DNA of 64,000 bases from Anaerohalosphaeraceae bacterium (GCA_963675525.2 CAXXSL010000013.1:678630-742629); one strand, 5' to 3'. Shown: positions 52,576 to 63,040, counted from the first letter of the stretch. Made by a program: numbers and translations. The notes: generated by a model from the sequence alone, not told the origin.

Positions 52576-53106
52576 ATGGCCCATATAAATATCGAAATCA
52601 AGGCCCGGTGCGATAAACCGGAAACCATCCGTCAAATATTGGAAGACAGCAGCGCCGAGTTTAAAGGCGTCGACCATCAGATAGACACCTACTTCAAGGT
52701 ACCGAAAGGCCGACTCAAACTCCGTCAGGGCAATATCGAAAACAGCCTTATTTTTTACGACCGCCCAAACACCGCCGGCCCCAAACGCGCCGATGTCTCA
52801 CTCTTTCGCACCGACACCCCCGGCGGCGCACAATTGCGAGAAACCCTGGCCGGCGCATTGGATGTTCTCATCGTCGTGGACAAGCAGCGGGAAATCTATT
52901 TTATCGACAACGTCAAATTCCACCTCGACACCATCGAAGGACTGGGGCATTTCGTGGAGGTCGAAGCCATCGACGAATCCGGCAACCTCAGCCCTGAAAA
53001 ACTCCGCACCCAATGCGACTACTACATCAAACTCTTCGACATCACCGACGCCGACCTCGTCAATACCTCCTACAGCGACCTGCTGTTAGAAAGAAAAAAT
53101 GAATGA
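52576..53106 (+). CDS. CYTH-domain protein (class IV adenylate cyclase-like)
   Basis: NIEIKAR, QIDTYF, RLKLR, VDKQREIY, FVEVE. Confidence 0.88.
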   Translation: MAHINIEIKARCDKPETIRQILEDSSAEFKGVDHQIDTYFKVPKGRLKLRQGNIENSLIFYDRPNTAGPKRADVSLFRTDTPGGAQLRETLAGALDVLIVVDKQREIYFIDNVKFHLDTIEGLGHFVEVEAIDESGNLSPEKLRTQCDYYIKLFDITDADLVNTSYSDLLLERKNE

Positions 53107-53165
53107 CAAAACCACACATCAAAGCGATTATTTTGTAACCCAATATCGAGGTTTCCCATTAAAAG

Positions 53166-54740
53166 TCACTCGCTCTCTTCAAAATAATCCCTAAAAACGG
53201 GCATCAATAACGTTTCAACGGGAACAAAGTCATCCGTTAAGACAGGGGGCCTGGTTCGATTTAAAAGCGCTTCGATTTCCTGGCCACTCAGCGTTTTTAC
53301 CTTAATCCGGAAGTTATGACTGAGTACGGATTCTATTGGCACACTTTCATTAGAAGCTATAAAAACAAATGTATTTCGCATCTTCTCAGGGATAACCTGT
53401 GATAGGATGTGGACATGGCGAAAAGTTTGTTTCAGGGTCATGTAATTGGCTGCGAGAAAATTCCCGTAATCATATATATCGATAGTCACATAAACAAATA
53501 TACCTCCGGGAGTCAACAGGCCGGCAACGTTTTCATGGAACTGCCGCGTAACCAATTGATACGGCACTGAAAAATCATCAACCGCATCAAGAAAGATAAG
53601 ATCATATGTTTTGACGGTATCTCCCTTGCTTTTTTTCTCGGTCAATTCAGCTATAAATTGCCTGCCTTCCTTGTGAATGATATTGAGTCCCATCTCTTCT
53701 CTTAATCCAAATGCACTCATAGCCGCTTTTGTCACAGCCGGATCGATCTCCACAACATCAATCTGACAGCCGGGCCATTTCCTCTTGACATATCCGGGAA
53801 AGACGTACCCGCCACCCCCGATCATCAATATGTTTTTGGGTAGATCATCGGTCATCAGTTTTTCAGTCAAGCCCGCGTAAATCAAGATGTATGGTGTTTC
53901 GAGCTGAAAGGGCCGATCCATCATAATGGTGCTATGAACCAATTTATCCAGCATGAACGAACGCCTGTCTATGTGCGGAAGATCTTTTTTGATGGTGATG
54001 CGGGAATACTGTGATTCATCTTCATAAAGAACAAACGGATCTCTTTTTTCCGTTAAATGAACCCTCTGTGAAAAAACCTTGATCTCTTCTACCGGCAAAA
54101 ATGCTGCGAAACCGGCACCCGCCAGAATGATGCCCCACAACAACACACCGATTCGTCGACGACCAAATGCTATGCCGAGAACCAAAAATACAAGACTGAT
54201 CATCCAGATGACCAGAGACGTCCCTATCAGGTCAATGAGGTAATACCCCGTCAAAAATGTTCCTGCCAACCCTCCTGCCGTTGCGGCTGCATAGGTTTTC
54301 CCGAGAATGTCTCCGTGATGTGAAGAATTTCTCAACACAATGCTGGCTGCTACGGGCGGAATACATCCCAAAACTAAACAGGGGCCAAACATCAGGAGCA
54401 ACGCATGGATCACAATATTATAAGGCCAGAGAATACGATGGACGCTATCTGAATCGTTTAATAAGTTTCGAATGAGAATGGACACAAAAATGACAACAGA
54501 AACCACAACACACAAACGAGCCTGCTGTTTTTTGTCTGACAGTTTTTCAGCAAATTGACCGCCAATATAATTTCCAACTGAAAGACCTGCTAACGTGACT
54601 CCGATAGTTGCTGTCCACGCGTAAATTGTTCCCCCATAATGGTATGCCATGATCCGACCGGTAACAATTTCTAATCCCATTAGACAGGCGCTAACAGTGA
54701 ATATTAGCAGATATTGAATATAGTTGGCCATATCCCTCAT
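53166..54740 (-). CDS. Fused membrane / spermidine-synthase-like methyltransferase
   Basis: N-terminal TM bundle; ILMIGGGGY, VVEIDPAV, IFLDA, LTDDFVPVE. Confidence 0.88.
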   Translation of the reverse strand: MRDMANYIQYLLIFTVSACLMGLEIVTGRIMAYHYGGTIYAWTATIGVTLAGLSVGNYIGGQFAEKLSDKKQQARLCVVVSVVIFVSILIRNLLNDSDSVHRILWPYNIVIHALLLMFGPCLVLGCIPPVAASIVLRNSSHHGDILGKTYAAATAGGLAGTFLTGYYLIDLIGTSLVIWMISLVFLVLGIAFGRRRIGVLLWGIILAGAGFAAFLPVEEIKVFSQRVHLTEKRDPFVLYEDESQYSRITIKKDLPHIDRRSFMLDKLVHSTIMMDRPFQLETPYILIYAGLTEKLMTDDLPKNILMIGGGGYVFPGYVKRKWPGCQIDVVEIDPAVTKAAMSAFGLREEMGLNIIHKEGRQFIAELTEKKSKGDTVKTYDLIFLDAVDDFSVPYQLVTRQFHENVAGLLTPGGIFVYVTIDIYDYGNFLAANYMTLKQTFRHVHILSQVIPEKMRNTFVFIASNESVPIESVLSHNFRIKVKTLSGQEIEALLNRTRPPVLTDDFVPVETLLMPVFRDYFEESE

Positions 54741-54750
54741 TTGAATCTAT

Positions 54751-54792
54751 AAAAAAACCTTCATCTCTTTCAGCAGCTATGAAGGTTTTTTT
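54751..54792. terminator. Intrinsic terminator
   Basis: aaaaaaaccttcat...atgaaggttttttt. Confidence 0.75.
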
Positions 54793-54794
54793 TA

Positions 54795-57700
54795 TTACCA
54801 CAAAGGTGTGACAATAACAGGGCTTATAATCGGCTGGTACCATGCTGGTTTGGCCGGTTCATCAGGCGAACCCAGAAGCTGCATCCATTCTTCGTCGGTC
54901 AACCGGTCTGACATCGGTTGTTTGAACTCATAATAAGAGAAAACGGGACCAACCGAAAGCAATATCGAGCCATTACTCAACGGACAGGCCACAACAACTA
55001 AATCGATTAACCCGGTCCCCTCTTCAAGAACCTTCTCGCTATTGCTATCAGTGTGAACATCCGCGATCATGACAGTACTGACGCCTTGCGAATCAACTCC
55101 AGTGATCGTCGATTCAAGGGTTTCTGCAAAATTCCCGATGTAGACAAAGTCTTCGGAAGACAAGGGTTGGTTCAATAGTTCCTTTTCAGAAATTTCGACC
55201 AACCGGGTCAGGATGACGGAAAAACTATCCAGCCGTGTATTCGCCTCAGGCGACAAAACATCCATTTCGTTTAACCCATCCTGCGTCATCTCCGTTAAGT
55301 CCAGCAGCCGCTGGTAAAATTCCGGAACGGGCTCCACATACCCCGTTGCATCCGGCGGCGGTGGAACGCCCCCTTTGGAGATAGGCGTATAACTTTGTTT
55401 GGCGTAGAGGATCGTATCATGTCTTAGCTCGGCCCATGAAGCCAAAACGGTATTAAGCTCTTTCTTTTGCCATGCGTCGGTGGTCATAAACACCGGATAA
55501 CCGCTATCAAAATCTTTCAATAATGCCTTGAGAGAATAGAGCCATCCCCAGTATAAGTTTTTATTCCAGTCCTCAACAGTAAAGGCATCAAACATCGCTT
55601 CAAGCTCCTGGCGCTTCGTCTGATACATATTGTATGCCGTGTCGCCTTCCTCAACCAAAATATCCGAGGCCAGATCAGAACCCATAATCGCCATGACATC
55701 CAGGCCTCTCGGGAACACCCGTCCAGGACCATAGTTTTGAATGATCCCATACGTGAATGGCAATGGACTCGCAGGACCGTTATAATAATGCACGGCCGGA
55801 TACACGAGATTCTGGAACATATATGAGTCCGGAATAAATCGCTGTCCCATGAATCGCAATCCTTTTGTCATATCAAACGCATCGTTCAGCTCTTCCGGAG
55901 TGTAAACCGGATAAACTTTAATGTTACCGGTTCCTCCGTAAATCTCCGGCGACCGCAGGGTGCTGAGGCTGTATTTAAATGCCTGGTAATTGTCTTCTTC
56001 CGCAAGTGTTTCGGGTGAGCAGTCGTGTCCGAAAAGAGTGTGGATCTGGTTAATATATTCGTAAGGCGTCAGGTCATCTGCAAGACCGACGTAGAACGCC
56101 GTGACGGTATACATTCGATCCCATATTTCCCGGGTTGTTCGCGTGCCAACCGGAGCCGAGTAAATAAGCTGTGAGATCATCGCCGCCTGAAGCGTTTGGA
56201 TTTTGGCGTCTTCCAGCGTGACAATCGCATCAAATTCCGGTATTCCTCCTTTAATAATAAAACCCAGCCGTCCATACCACATCAGTGCTTTGAAATAACG
56301 CTGAAGTGCTTCGCTGCGCGTGTAGTGCCCGCGCGGTTTGTACTGGGAATAATCCTCTTTGTAGGTAAATAAGGGACTGTCGTCAAAGCCCACATGAGCT
56401 TCTATCAAGCTGATCTCATTATTCACCGTCTCTTCGACTAATACCGGAACAACAAAGTCGGGATTTAGAAGTTTATAAGCAACAGCAAAGTACGCGACAT
56501 TTCGCTTGGCCGCTTCTTTGGCTTCGCCTGAATGCTGGTTATACTGGTCCAGCGAGATCACATATAGAGACTCAGATAGTTCTGTGATATCCGGGATGAA
56601 TTCTTCCTCTTCAATTTGTTTAAGTGTCTCGTCGAATTGAACGTGGTAGAGATGCAAGAGTGTGTCCGCTGTAATAAACACATTAAAATACCATTTTCGG
56701 ATTTGCTCATACACCGTAACAAAACCTTCGCGTATATCACCGGGCGGACACCCACCTATACAATAGCCAAGAAAATCGTCACAATCTTCAACGATAACAA
56801 ATCCATTCTGTTCAAAAAGAGCATCATCGATATCAAAAAGGTAGTCAAAATCACTGAATCCGTAAACCAGATCTAAATCGAGAGGAAGCGTATACCCCGG
56901 TGCATTCGGTTCATATGGAACCGGATCGGGTGAATAATACGAGGCCAGTTCGATTTTCTCAACAAGAGCAGGTTGCCAGTATGCCTTCAGCCAATCTTCA
57001 CACAGTATGGATAAATCCATTAATTCTATCTGACCGTTTCGATCAAAATCCCCTGGGAGGTTCTGTTGACTGTGTTGCCATCCAGCAGCAAACGGGGGGA
57101 TATCGTCAAAATTGATGATTTTATCATTTGAAATATCTGCTGTAAGAAAACTTCCCCTCAGCGGGGTACTTGCCTGATCAGTTCCACCATAGGCACCCAT
57201 GTTAATACGTAAATTAAGCCCGTAATCTTTATTGGGATCATTGGAAATACGAAATGGGTCTTCAGAACCAAGTAAGTATCCCGGATTTCCTGCATCAATA
57301 CAGGGACTGGTAATCATATCCTCAACCCAGGTATTCGTACCAGGATTCCACCTCCACCCTTGAGTCATCAAATGAAAATCATTGCCCTCAAAATCTGCAA
57401 ATCCGGGTGGCAAATTGATGTTACCGGTCCCTTCAAATCCACAAGAAACGGAACAGAAACTCACGACGGCGTTTTCAGCACTGATATCCTCTTCCGGATT
57501 ATTCCAGATAATCGAGTTTTCAATCGTCACACTACTGTCATTTTCACAAAAGACGCCGCTGCCTTTTTCCGTGGGCGTTCCCGTAACACTGTTCTTGACA
57601 ATGGTACAGTTTTCGATTCGCGGATTTGCGCTGTTTTTAATGTAAATTCCGCCGCCATTCGAAACCGCTGTGTTTGAAACAACAATACAGTTTCTTATAA

Positions 57701-58130
57701 CAGGTGCAGAACCATCTATATAGATTCCGCCACCCCAATCGGAATAGCCATTAATGATGGTAAATCCTTCGATAGCCGTATTGGGGTCTTCAGAGGTATT
57801 GATCATAAACACACGATGATATTCTGTCGAACTGCCCTGTGCATCGAGAATACATCCTGATGGCCCGGATTCACTTTTCAGGATAATGTGTTTGCCCTGT
57901 AAATCAATATCTCTGTTTCCGTTGCCCGTGTAAGTACCGTCTTTGACCAAGATAACATCGTTATGACTGCTGCTGTTGATAGCATTTTGAATTGTCGTAA
58001 AATCTGCGGGACCATTGTCATCAACCGTAATCGTGACAGCAAGACAAGGATATGCAGTGAAATAAAGAACCAGAAATGTTAGACATTTGATAGACGCCGC
58101 CATTTTTTGCCCTTCATAATTTTTTTCCAT
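54795..58130 (-). CDS. Secreted beta-helix + dockerin-like + DUF3160 fusion
   Basis: TIQNAI; RINMGAYGGT; EDYSQYKPRGHYT, RFMGQRFIPD, WAELRHDTILYAKQSY, GPVFSYYEF; start may instead be 58103. Confidence 0.87.
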   Translation of the reverse strand: MEKNYEGQKMAASIKCLTFLVLYFTAYPCLAVTITVDDNGPADFTTIQNAINSSSHNDVILVKDGTYTGNGNRDIDLQGKHIILKSESGPSGCILDAQGSSTEYHRVFMINTSEDPNTAIEGFTIINGYSDWGGGIYIDGSAPVIRNCIVVSNTAVSNGGGIYIKNSANPRIENCTIVKNSVTGTPTEKGSGVFCENDSSVTIENSIIWNNPEEDISAENAVVSFCSVSCGFEGTGNINLPPGFADFEGNDFHLMTQGWRWNPGTNTWVEDMITSPCIDAGNPGYLLGSEDPFRISNDPNKDYGLNLRINMGAYGGTDQASTPLRGSFLTADISNDKIINFDDIPPFAAGWQHSQQNLPGDFDRNGQIELMDLSILCEDWLKAYWQPALVEKIELASYYSPDPVPYEPNAPGYTLPLDLDLVYGFSDFDYLFDIDDALFEQNGFVIVEDCDDFLGYCIGGCPPGDIREGFVTVYEQIRKWYFNVFITADTLLHLYHVQFDETLKQIEEEEFIPDITELSESLYVISLDQYNQHSGEAKEAAKRNVAYFAVAYKLLNPDFVVPVLVEETVNNEISLIEAHVGFDDSPLFTYKEDYSQYKPRGHYTRSEALQRYFKALMWYGRLGFIIKGGIPEFDAIVTLEDAKIQTLQAAMISQLIYSAPVGTRTTREIWDRMYTVTAFYVGLADDLTPYEYINQIHTLFGHDCSPETLAEEDNYQAFKYSLSTLRSPEIYGGTGNIKVYPVYTPEELNDAFDMTKGLRFMGQRFIPDSYMFQNLVYPAVHYYNGPASPLPFTYGIIQNYGPGRVFPRGLDVMAIMGSDLASDILVEEGDTAYNMYQTKRQELEAMFDAFTVEDWNKNLYWGWLYSLKALLKDFDSGYPVFMTTDAWQKKELNTVLASWAELRHDTILYAKQSYTPISKGGVPPPPDATGYVEPVPEFYQRLLDLTEMTQDGLNEMDVLSPEANTRLDSFSVILTRLVEISEKELLNQPLSSEDFVYIGNFAETLESTITGVDSQGVSTVMIADVHTDSNSEKVLEEGTGLIDLVVVACPLSNGSILLSVGPVFSYYEFKQPMSDRLTDEEWMQLLGSPDEPAKPAWYQPIISPVIVTPLW

Positions 58131-58387
58131 GCTCACATAAACATGCTAAAGCTATTCAGAAAAACAGCCCGTAAAGTACAAGCTCGCAGGTATGGCCTAT
58201 ATACGATTATGACATGTCGCCTTATTTTTGTCAAGAATAGATTTTCAAAAAAGGAGGATTGAAGGCTTATCTCATTAAAAAAAAGAGGTTACAATAAATC
58301 TGCTGACAAAAAAACAACGCTAAACAGAAAAGCTGTTTTAATAATTAATCTTTGATATTTAATACCAGGCCCATCATAATACCCATC

Positions 58388-59005
58388 ATGGATAATCAGC
58401 CTTTCATTCAAGCGGTTATTTTTGACCTTGGTCGGGTGCTGGTGGCGATTGACAATACGCTGCTGGTCGAGCAGTTGTTCAAAGGACTCGACACCGACGA
58501 CCCGCAGGAGTTGGGCCGTAAAACAATGTCCGACCCAGCCATGGTCGAGTTTAATTCCGGCTGGATCACCGCCGAAACATTCTACGACAAAATGCGAGCG
58601 GCGTATCAATGGGATATCAACTTTGAGGAGTTTCGTCCGCTTTGGTGCCGCATTTTTGTCACGATGGACGGCATGGAAGAACTCGTGATGCGATTGCGTA
58701 GGAACGTCAAACTCGGCCTGCTTTCCGACACCGACCCGCTGCACTGGAATCACATCATCACCACTTGGCCGTGGATCGGCGAAATTGAAAACCCGACACT
58801 GAGCTATCAGATCGGCGTGATGAAACCCAACCCCCAAATCTATCTCGCTGCAGCCGACAACGTCAATACGCCGCCGGAAAAATGTTTGTATATCGACGAC
58901 CTTGAGGACAATGTCGAAGGGGCCCGCGCCGTCGGCATGAGCGCCCTGCGGTTTGAAGACATCTCGCAAATTAAAAATGTTTTTGAAAACTTCAAACTTT
59001 TATAG
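58388..59005 (+). CDS. HAD-family phosphatase (YihX-like)
   Basis: FDLGRVL, LLSDT, MKP...IY, YIDD...NV. Confidence 0.88.
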   Translation: MDNQPFIQAVIFDLGRVLVAIDNTLLVEQLFKGLDTDDPQELGRKTMSDPAMVEFNSGWITAETFYDKMRAAYQWDINFEEFRPLWCRIFVTMDGMEELVMRLRRNVKLGLLSDTDPLHWNHIITTWPWIGEIENPTLSYQIGVMKPNPQIYLAAADNVNTPPEKCLYIDDLEDNVEGARAVGMSALRFEDISQIKNVFENFKLL

Positions 59006-59025
59006 CGGCAATTATTTCAGCGCAT

Positions 59026-59053
59026 AAAAAAGGCCTGCTCTTCACAGGCCTTT
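59026..59053. terminator. Bidirectional terminator
   Basis: aaaaaaggcctg...caggccttt. Confidence 0.8.
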
Positions 59054-59059
59054 CTAATG

Positions 59060-59253
59060 AGTTATACCTCCGCCTATGCCGTGCAGAAGTCCTTGAAAGT
59101 AACCCCTTATTTTAAAGTGGGCAACCGTAGCGGCTGTCCGGGCGTCCTGTCTTAAGCAGGCTTGTCCGATCCAGGTCCGACCTGGCCTCCCGTGAGGGTT
59201 TCATCGGTTCTTCCAAATATAACTTCTATCACGTACATCGCAGGGGTCAACCC
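59060..59253 (-). ncRNA. ssrS: Probable 6S RNA
   Basis: About 190 nt, ORF-free; ends pair (gggttgacccctgcgatgt with gcataggcggaggtataactc); internal GAACCGA, GGGAG, CCCAC, ACGGCAT blocks; promoter TTGAGT-17-TATAGT upstream and terminator downstream. Confidence 0.7.
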
Positions 59254-59384
59254 GCAGTTTTAACTATATCATATTATCGGCAAAAACTCAAGCAATTAAT
59301 AAATCTATCGCTCAACTTTAAAAAAATTCTACAAAAAAACCCCTGCTGTTAAACAGGGGTTGCGGTTTTGAAAGAAAAAAAGCA

Positions 59385-59843
59385 TTATTTTTTTGTCTGT
59401 GATTCGGATAAAATTTCATCGGCAATTTGTCCCAGTCCCTGGTCAGCACGCTGCTGCATCTGCTGTGCGGATTTGATGAGTTCTTCGGTGGACGCCGGCT
59501 GATATGGCTGCAGTTCAAAAGTCCAGCTATACTCATCGGTAATTTTTTGCGGCCAGCAAACCTCGGCAAAAAAATCGAACGGAAATCGATCATGCAGCGG
59601 CCGTTCCAGTTCGCGGTGCGTATTCAGTATCGCATACCCCGGCTTTTCGATCCGAACGCTGTAATCGCCGTACCAGTTAAAATTTACCGTAACCGGAGTA
59701 ACGCCAACCTCTTCGTCATTGAGCCAGACAACCGCCTCGGTCGGCTCGGTGACAATCGTCAGTTTCCGCTCCACACACCCGGTCGCCAATAAAGCCGCCA
59801 GCAGAACGCCCGCTAATAACCCATTATAATATTTCTCAGCCAT
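59385..59843 (-). CDS. PEGA-domain lipoprotein
   Basis: LATGC lipobox; TEPTEAVVWLNDEEVGVTPV...YSVRIEKPGY. Confidence 0.85.
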   Translation of the reverse strand: MAEKYYNGLLAGVLLAALLATGCVERKLTIVTEPTEAVVWLNDEEVGVTPVTVNFNWYGDYSVRIEKPGYAILNTHRELERPLHDRFPFDFFAEVCWPQKITDEYSWTFELQPYQPASTEELIKSAQQMQQRADQGLGQIADEILSESQTKK

Positions 59844-60228
59844 CTGTCTTTCTCCAAAAGAGACTTCGTTTGGCTATTAGCCTATCCGCCGGAACGGCAA
59901 AAATCAATCGCTTTTTAGCCGCTTCTCGTATTGGGTGGCATGTCTTCTCCGCCTTTGGCGGAAAGGCATGGTTCGTAAAGCATTTGACCATCGCTTCGAC
60001 GTTGCTCGGAAGCAATACCACCCAACGTAACGGACGACATGAATTTTCGCCAAAACTGTATGTTTTATATCTTGATTTTAATGGATAATTGATTGTTTAC
60101 GCTGTTGTCCATCGGTATAATGTGCCCCGGTTCAAAAGACTGAATGCGAAGGATGTTCATTTTCAACGGTTAAATGTTAATCATTAGAAGCATAACATAT
60201 AACATAAAACTTAAGAAAGGAGAGAAAA

Positions 60229-61101
60229 ATGAGAAAATCGCTTCCAATAATAATCCTGATGGTAATGATATTACTAATGTCTGGTTGTGCGGTGCGCGGG
60301 GTCAAAATTAGTTTTGTGACCATCGGTAATCCGGGGAACCCGGGGGACATTCGAGCTGAAACAAATGAGTATGGCCAACCTTATGCGAATCCTTATGGCT
60401 GCGGGGCGGTCGATTATAAATATCGGATCAGCAAATACGAAATTACAAATGCGCAGTGGAACGCTTATGCGGCATCTACAGGTGCTAGTACGAACAACAA
60501 ACCCGCTTACACTGCCCCTAAGCAGCCGATCAACAATATTACATGGTATGAAGCCGCCCAATTCTGCAATTATCTGACCAGCGGGAATAAAAGTCTCGGT
60601 GCTTATCAGTTTGGTACGGACGGCAGTGTTGCAATCAATCGAGCCGAAGCCCTTTCTGCTTATGGCAGGATTTATGTTCTTCCCACAGAAGATGAATGGT
60701 ACAAAGCCGCCTACTATAAGCCAGATGGCAATGGATATTCGCTCTATGCCAACGGCTTAAATACACTTCCTGAAGCGGATAATGGATGGAATTATGATGG
60801 CGGTTCACATCGCTTTCCCTGGTCTGTTGGCACCGGCAGACGGGAACAAAACGGTACGTTTGATATCATGGGCAATGTGGCGGAATGGAACGAGAGTTTT
60901 ATCATTCGAGGCGGCAATCACGCTTTTGGCGAGCGAGGCGGGTCATTCGCTTACAGAGGCGGACACAAAATCTATCTTGCTTCATACTCCCCATCCTATC
61001 ATTACCCTCCGGGCAGCGTGGATGACAGTTTTGGATTTCGTATCGTGTCTATTCATAGAAGCTGGATAAAACACAACGGTCAGAATAAAACAAAAGAGTA
61101 A
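60229..61101 (+). CDS. Formylglycine-generating-enzyme-family (SUMF1/C-lectin fold) lipoprotein
   Basis: MSGC lipobox; KYEITNAQW, LPTEDEWYKAAY, DIMGNVAEW, RGGSF, GFRI. Confidence 0.88.
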   Translation: MRKSLPIIILMVMILLMSGCAVRGVKISFVTIGNPGNPGDIRAETNEYGQPYANPYGCGAVDYKYRISKYEITNAQWNAYAASTGASTNNKPAYTAPKQPINNITWYEAAQFCNYLTSGNKSLGAYQFGTDGSVAINRAEALSAYGRIYVLPTEDEWYKAAYYKPDGNGYSLYANGLNTLPEADNGWNYDGGSHRFPWSVGTGRREQNGTFDIMGNVAEWNESFIIRGGNHAFGERGGSFAYRGGHKIYLASYSPSYHYPPGSVDDSFGFRIVSIHRSWIKHNGQNKTKE

Positions 61102-61337
61102 GACGAAACGAAACCTGCCCCACTCTGTGTCCGGTAAGATTCTGCGTCCGGTAAGATTCTGCGGGGTGATGGTTTGCGCAGCAAAAATCCCGACCGAAAA
61201 CAGGGTTACTGCTATCGGCCGGGATTTTTATGGTTGGGTAAACCATAACAATGTTCTTCTCATCATCATCTTCCCTCATAACCGGCCCCCGACACACACT
61301 TCCCGAAACGGTGATCGGTTTTGAGGTCAAATATTAA

Positions 61338-61672
61338 GACCCGCCCTTTCGGACAGGGTTACTCTTAAGGTCGGGCTTTCAACCGGAGATCGGCAAAAAC
61401 CCGACTGGAGGAGGAGGAAAGATTATTAATCAGGGCAACTCACAACCTCCGATTTCATATCCCTTAATTAATAACCTTCCCAATATCCCACCTTGCCCCG
61501 AATACCCTTCTTCCCCAAAAAAGTATTGGGCCTGAAACCTGAGAACCAGACCTCAGGCCCAATTGGAGGAGGAGGAAAGATATTTCGACCCGCCCTTTCG
61601 GACAGGATTGCTCTTAAGGTCGGGCTTTCAACCGGAGATCGGCAAAAACCCGACTGGAGGAGGAGGAAAGAT
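61338..61672. repeat. 86-bp direct repeat (61338-61423, 61587-61672) and three TGGAGGAGGAGGAAAGAT motifs next to hairpins
   Basis: Two mismatches between copies; motif at 61406, 61564 and 61655. Confidence 0.9.
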
Positions 61673-61823
61673 ATTGAACCCATCATTCTGATATCATCAG
61701 AAAGATGAAAAAGTCTCTCCAAAGGAGAGCTGCTTACACAGCCGCTCCACGGAATATTCAAAAGGGAGGGAAAAACCTTATTTTCAAATATGTGAGAGAA
61801 TAGTTTGTTTTCTCTCCCTTTTT

Positions 61824-62228
61824 TTACATTTCCTTCACAGCGTACAGTTCCTGGATCGCACGGGCATCCTGAAGCCCCAGCACCGAAGTAATGACGGCCC
61901 GAAAATGCTCCTCGCTGGAGTCTTCGGTGATCACCGCCGCAACGCCTAAGCTGCGAGCTTCGATTTCCTGCTGAGGATTCTGCCCCTCAATGATAGCGAT
62001 CGTTGGCATCTGCGGTTTGGCGGCCTTGAGTTTCTTAAGAAACTTTCCGTCCGGCATATCCGCCAGGTGCCAGTGACTGATAACGCTGTCCACTTGTTCA
62101 ATTTTAAAAGAGCGTACGGCCTCGTAGCCATCTTTGACGCTAATCAGCCGAACCGGCAATCCGTTCAGGTTCTCAATACGGCTTCCTGTCCCTACGGATA
62201 AAATATTCATCTTCGCAATTATGACCAT
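61824..62228 (-). CDS. Single-domain receiver-like protein, atypical
   Basis: DGYEAV, VISHWHLADMPDGKFLKKLK...PTI, EARSLGV; phosphoacceptor Asp apparently absent. Confidence 0.75.
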   Translation of the reverse strand: MVIIAKMNILSVGTGSRIENLNGLPVRLISVKDGYEAVRSFKIEQVDSVISHWHLADMPDGKFLKKLKAAKPQMPTIAIIEGQNPQQEIEARSLGVAAVITEDSSEEHFRAVITSVLGLQDARAIQELYAVKEM

Positions 62229-62315
62229 ACTTCTACCTGTGTCTCAAGTGCCTTTCCTGCCCCCCTCCGGGGTAAGTGGCCTTGTGGCACATTTTGCTTA
62301 CACACAAGTACTATA

Positions 62316-62331
62316 ACAACCTGCGTGCCAA
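62316..62331 (-). promoter_or_regulatory. Putative sigma54 promoter
   Basis: TTGGCACGCAGGTTGT versus consensus TGGCACG-N4-TTGC, about 90 bp upstream of 62228. Confidence 0.55.
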
Positions 62332-62695
62332 CACAGATTGTATTCTCAAAAATTCCCTATCTTGCTTGAGAACAAGCAGTTACAGGGCCTTGTCAAAAAC
62401 GGGGGTAAATCCTCCAATGGTCTACTCTGTACCATATCGGCAATTTTTTAGAATCTCTGCAGTTTTCAACTATGCAATGACAAACAACTTACAACCGGAT
62501 GGTCCAAAATGGCACGATGAGCCAAAATGGTACATCAAATATGATTCCCAGAAACCCCCGCTACAAAGACCACGAATCTTTTTGTCATCCAATGCGATTA
62601 ATTTCAACCTTTTCTTTTTAGTCTGATACGAGTATAATTCAGGTACAATTGCTTTGCACACCGCAGAGCAGCAGCCTGTTCAGGAGAATTGTTAT

Positions 62696-63040
62696 ATGAT
62701 TTTAGAAAAAGGCGATAAATTACACGTTATTTCACATCGGGTTTTTGAAGATGATTTGCGCAGGCATTTTGTCGGCGAGGTCCAGGAGTCCAGCGACACG
62801 GTGGCTCGGGTCAAAGGATATACCTTTGTGTTTGACCAGAGTAAGTGCGAATACACTAAAAAATCGATTCCACGCATTCGTATTATTTCGTTAGTCGACT
62901 CGCTCAACATTATTAATCTTATTCCCAGAGAAACGAAACTGGATTCGATTGTCTACTGTTTGGACAGAAATAACCGGTTAATCGTGACCGACAGCGATGC
63001 CTTTACGCTGGACATCAACGAGTTCGGCAGCAATCGATAA
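62696..63040 (+). CDS. Hypothetical protein
   Basis: SD aggag; MILEKGDKLHVISHRVFEDDLRRHFVGEV. Confidence 0.7.
   Translation: MILEKGDKLHVISHRVFEDDLRRHFVGEVQESSDTVARVKGYTFVFDQSKCEYTKKSIPRIRIISLVDSLNIINLIPRETKLDSIVYCLDRNNRLIVTDSDAFTLDINEFGSNR

Noticed and set aside
61129..61162. 17-bp tandem duplication gtccggtaagattctgc
   Set aside because: Two copies only, no associated element; probably slippage
60229..61400. FGE/C-lectin-fold gene as a diversity-generating retroelement target
   Set aside because: No template repeat differing at adenines and no reverse transcriptase found in the window; a remote DGR cannot be excluded
61338..61672. CRISPR array
   Set aside because: Only three short motifs, irregular spacing, duplicated rather than unique intervening sequence, no cas genes
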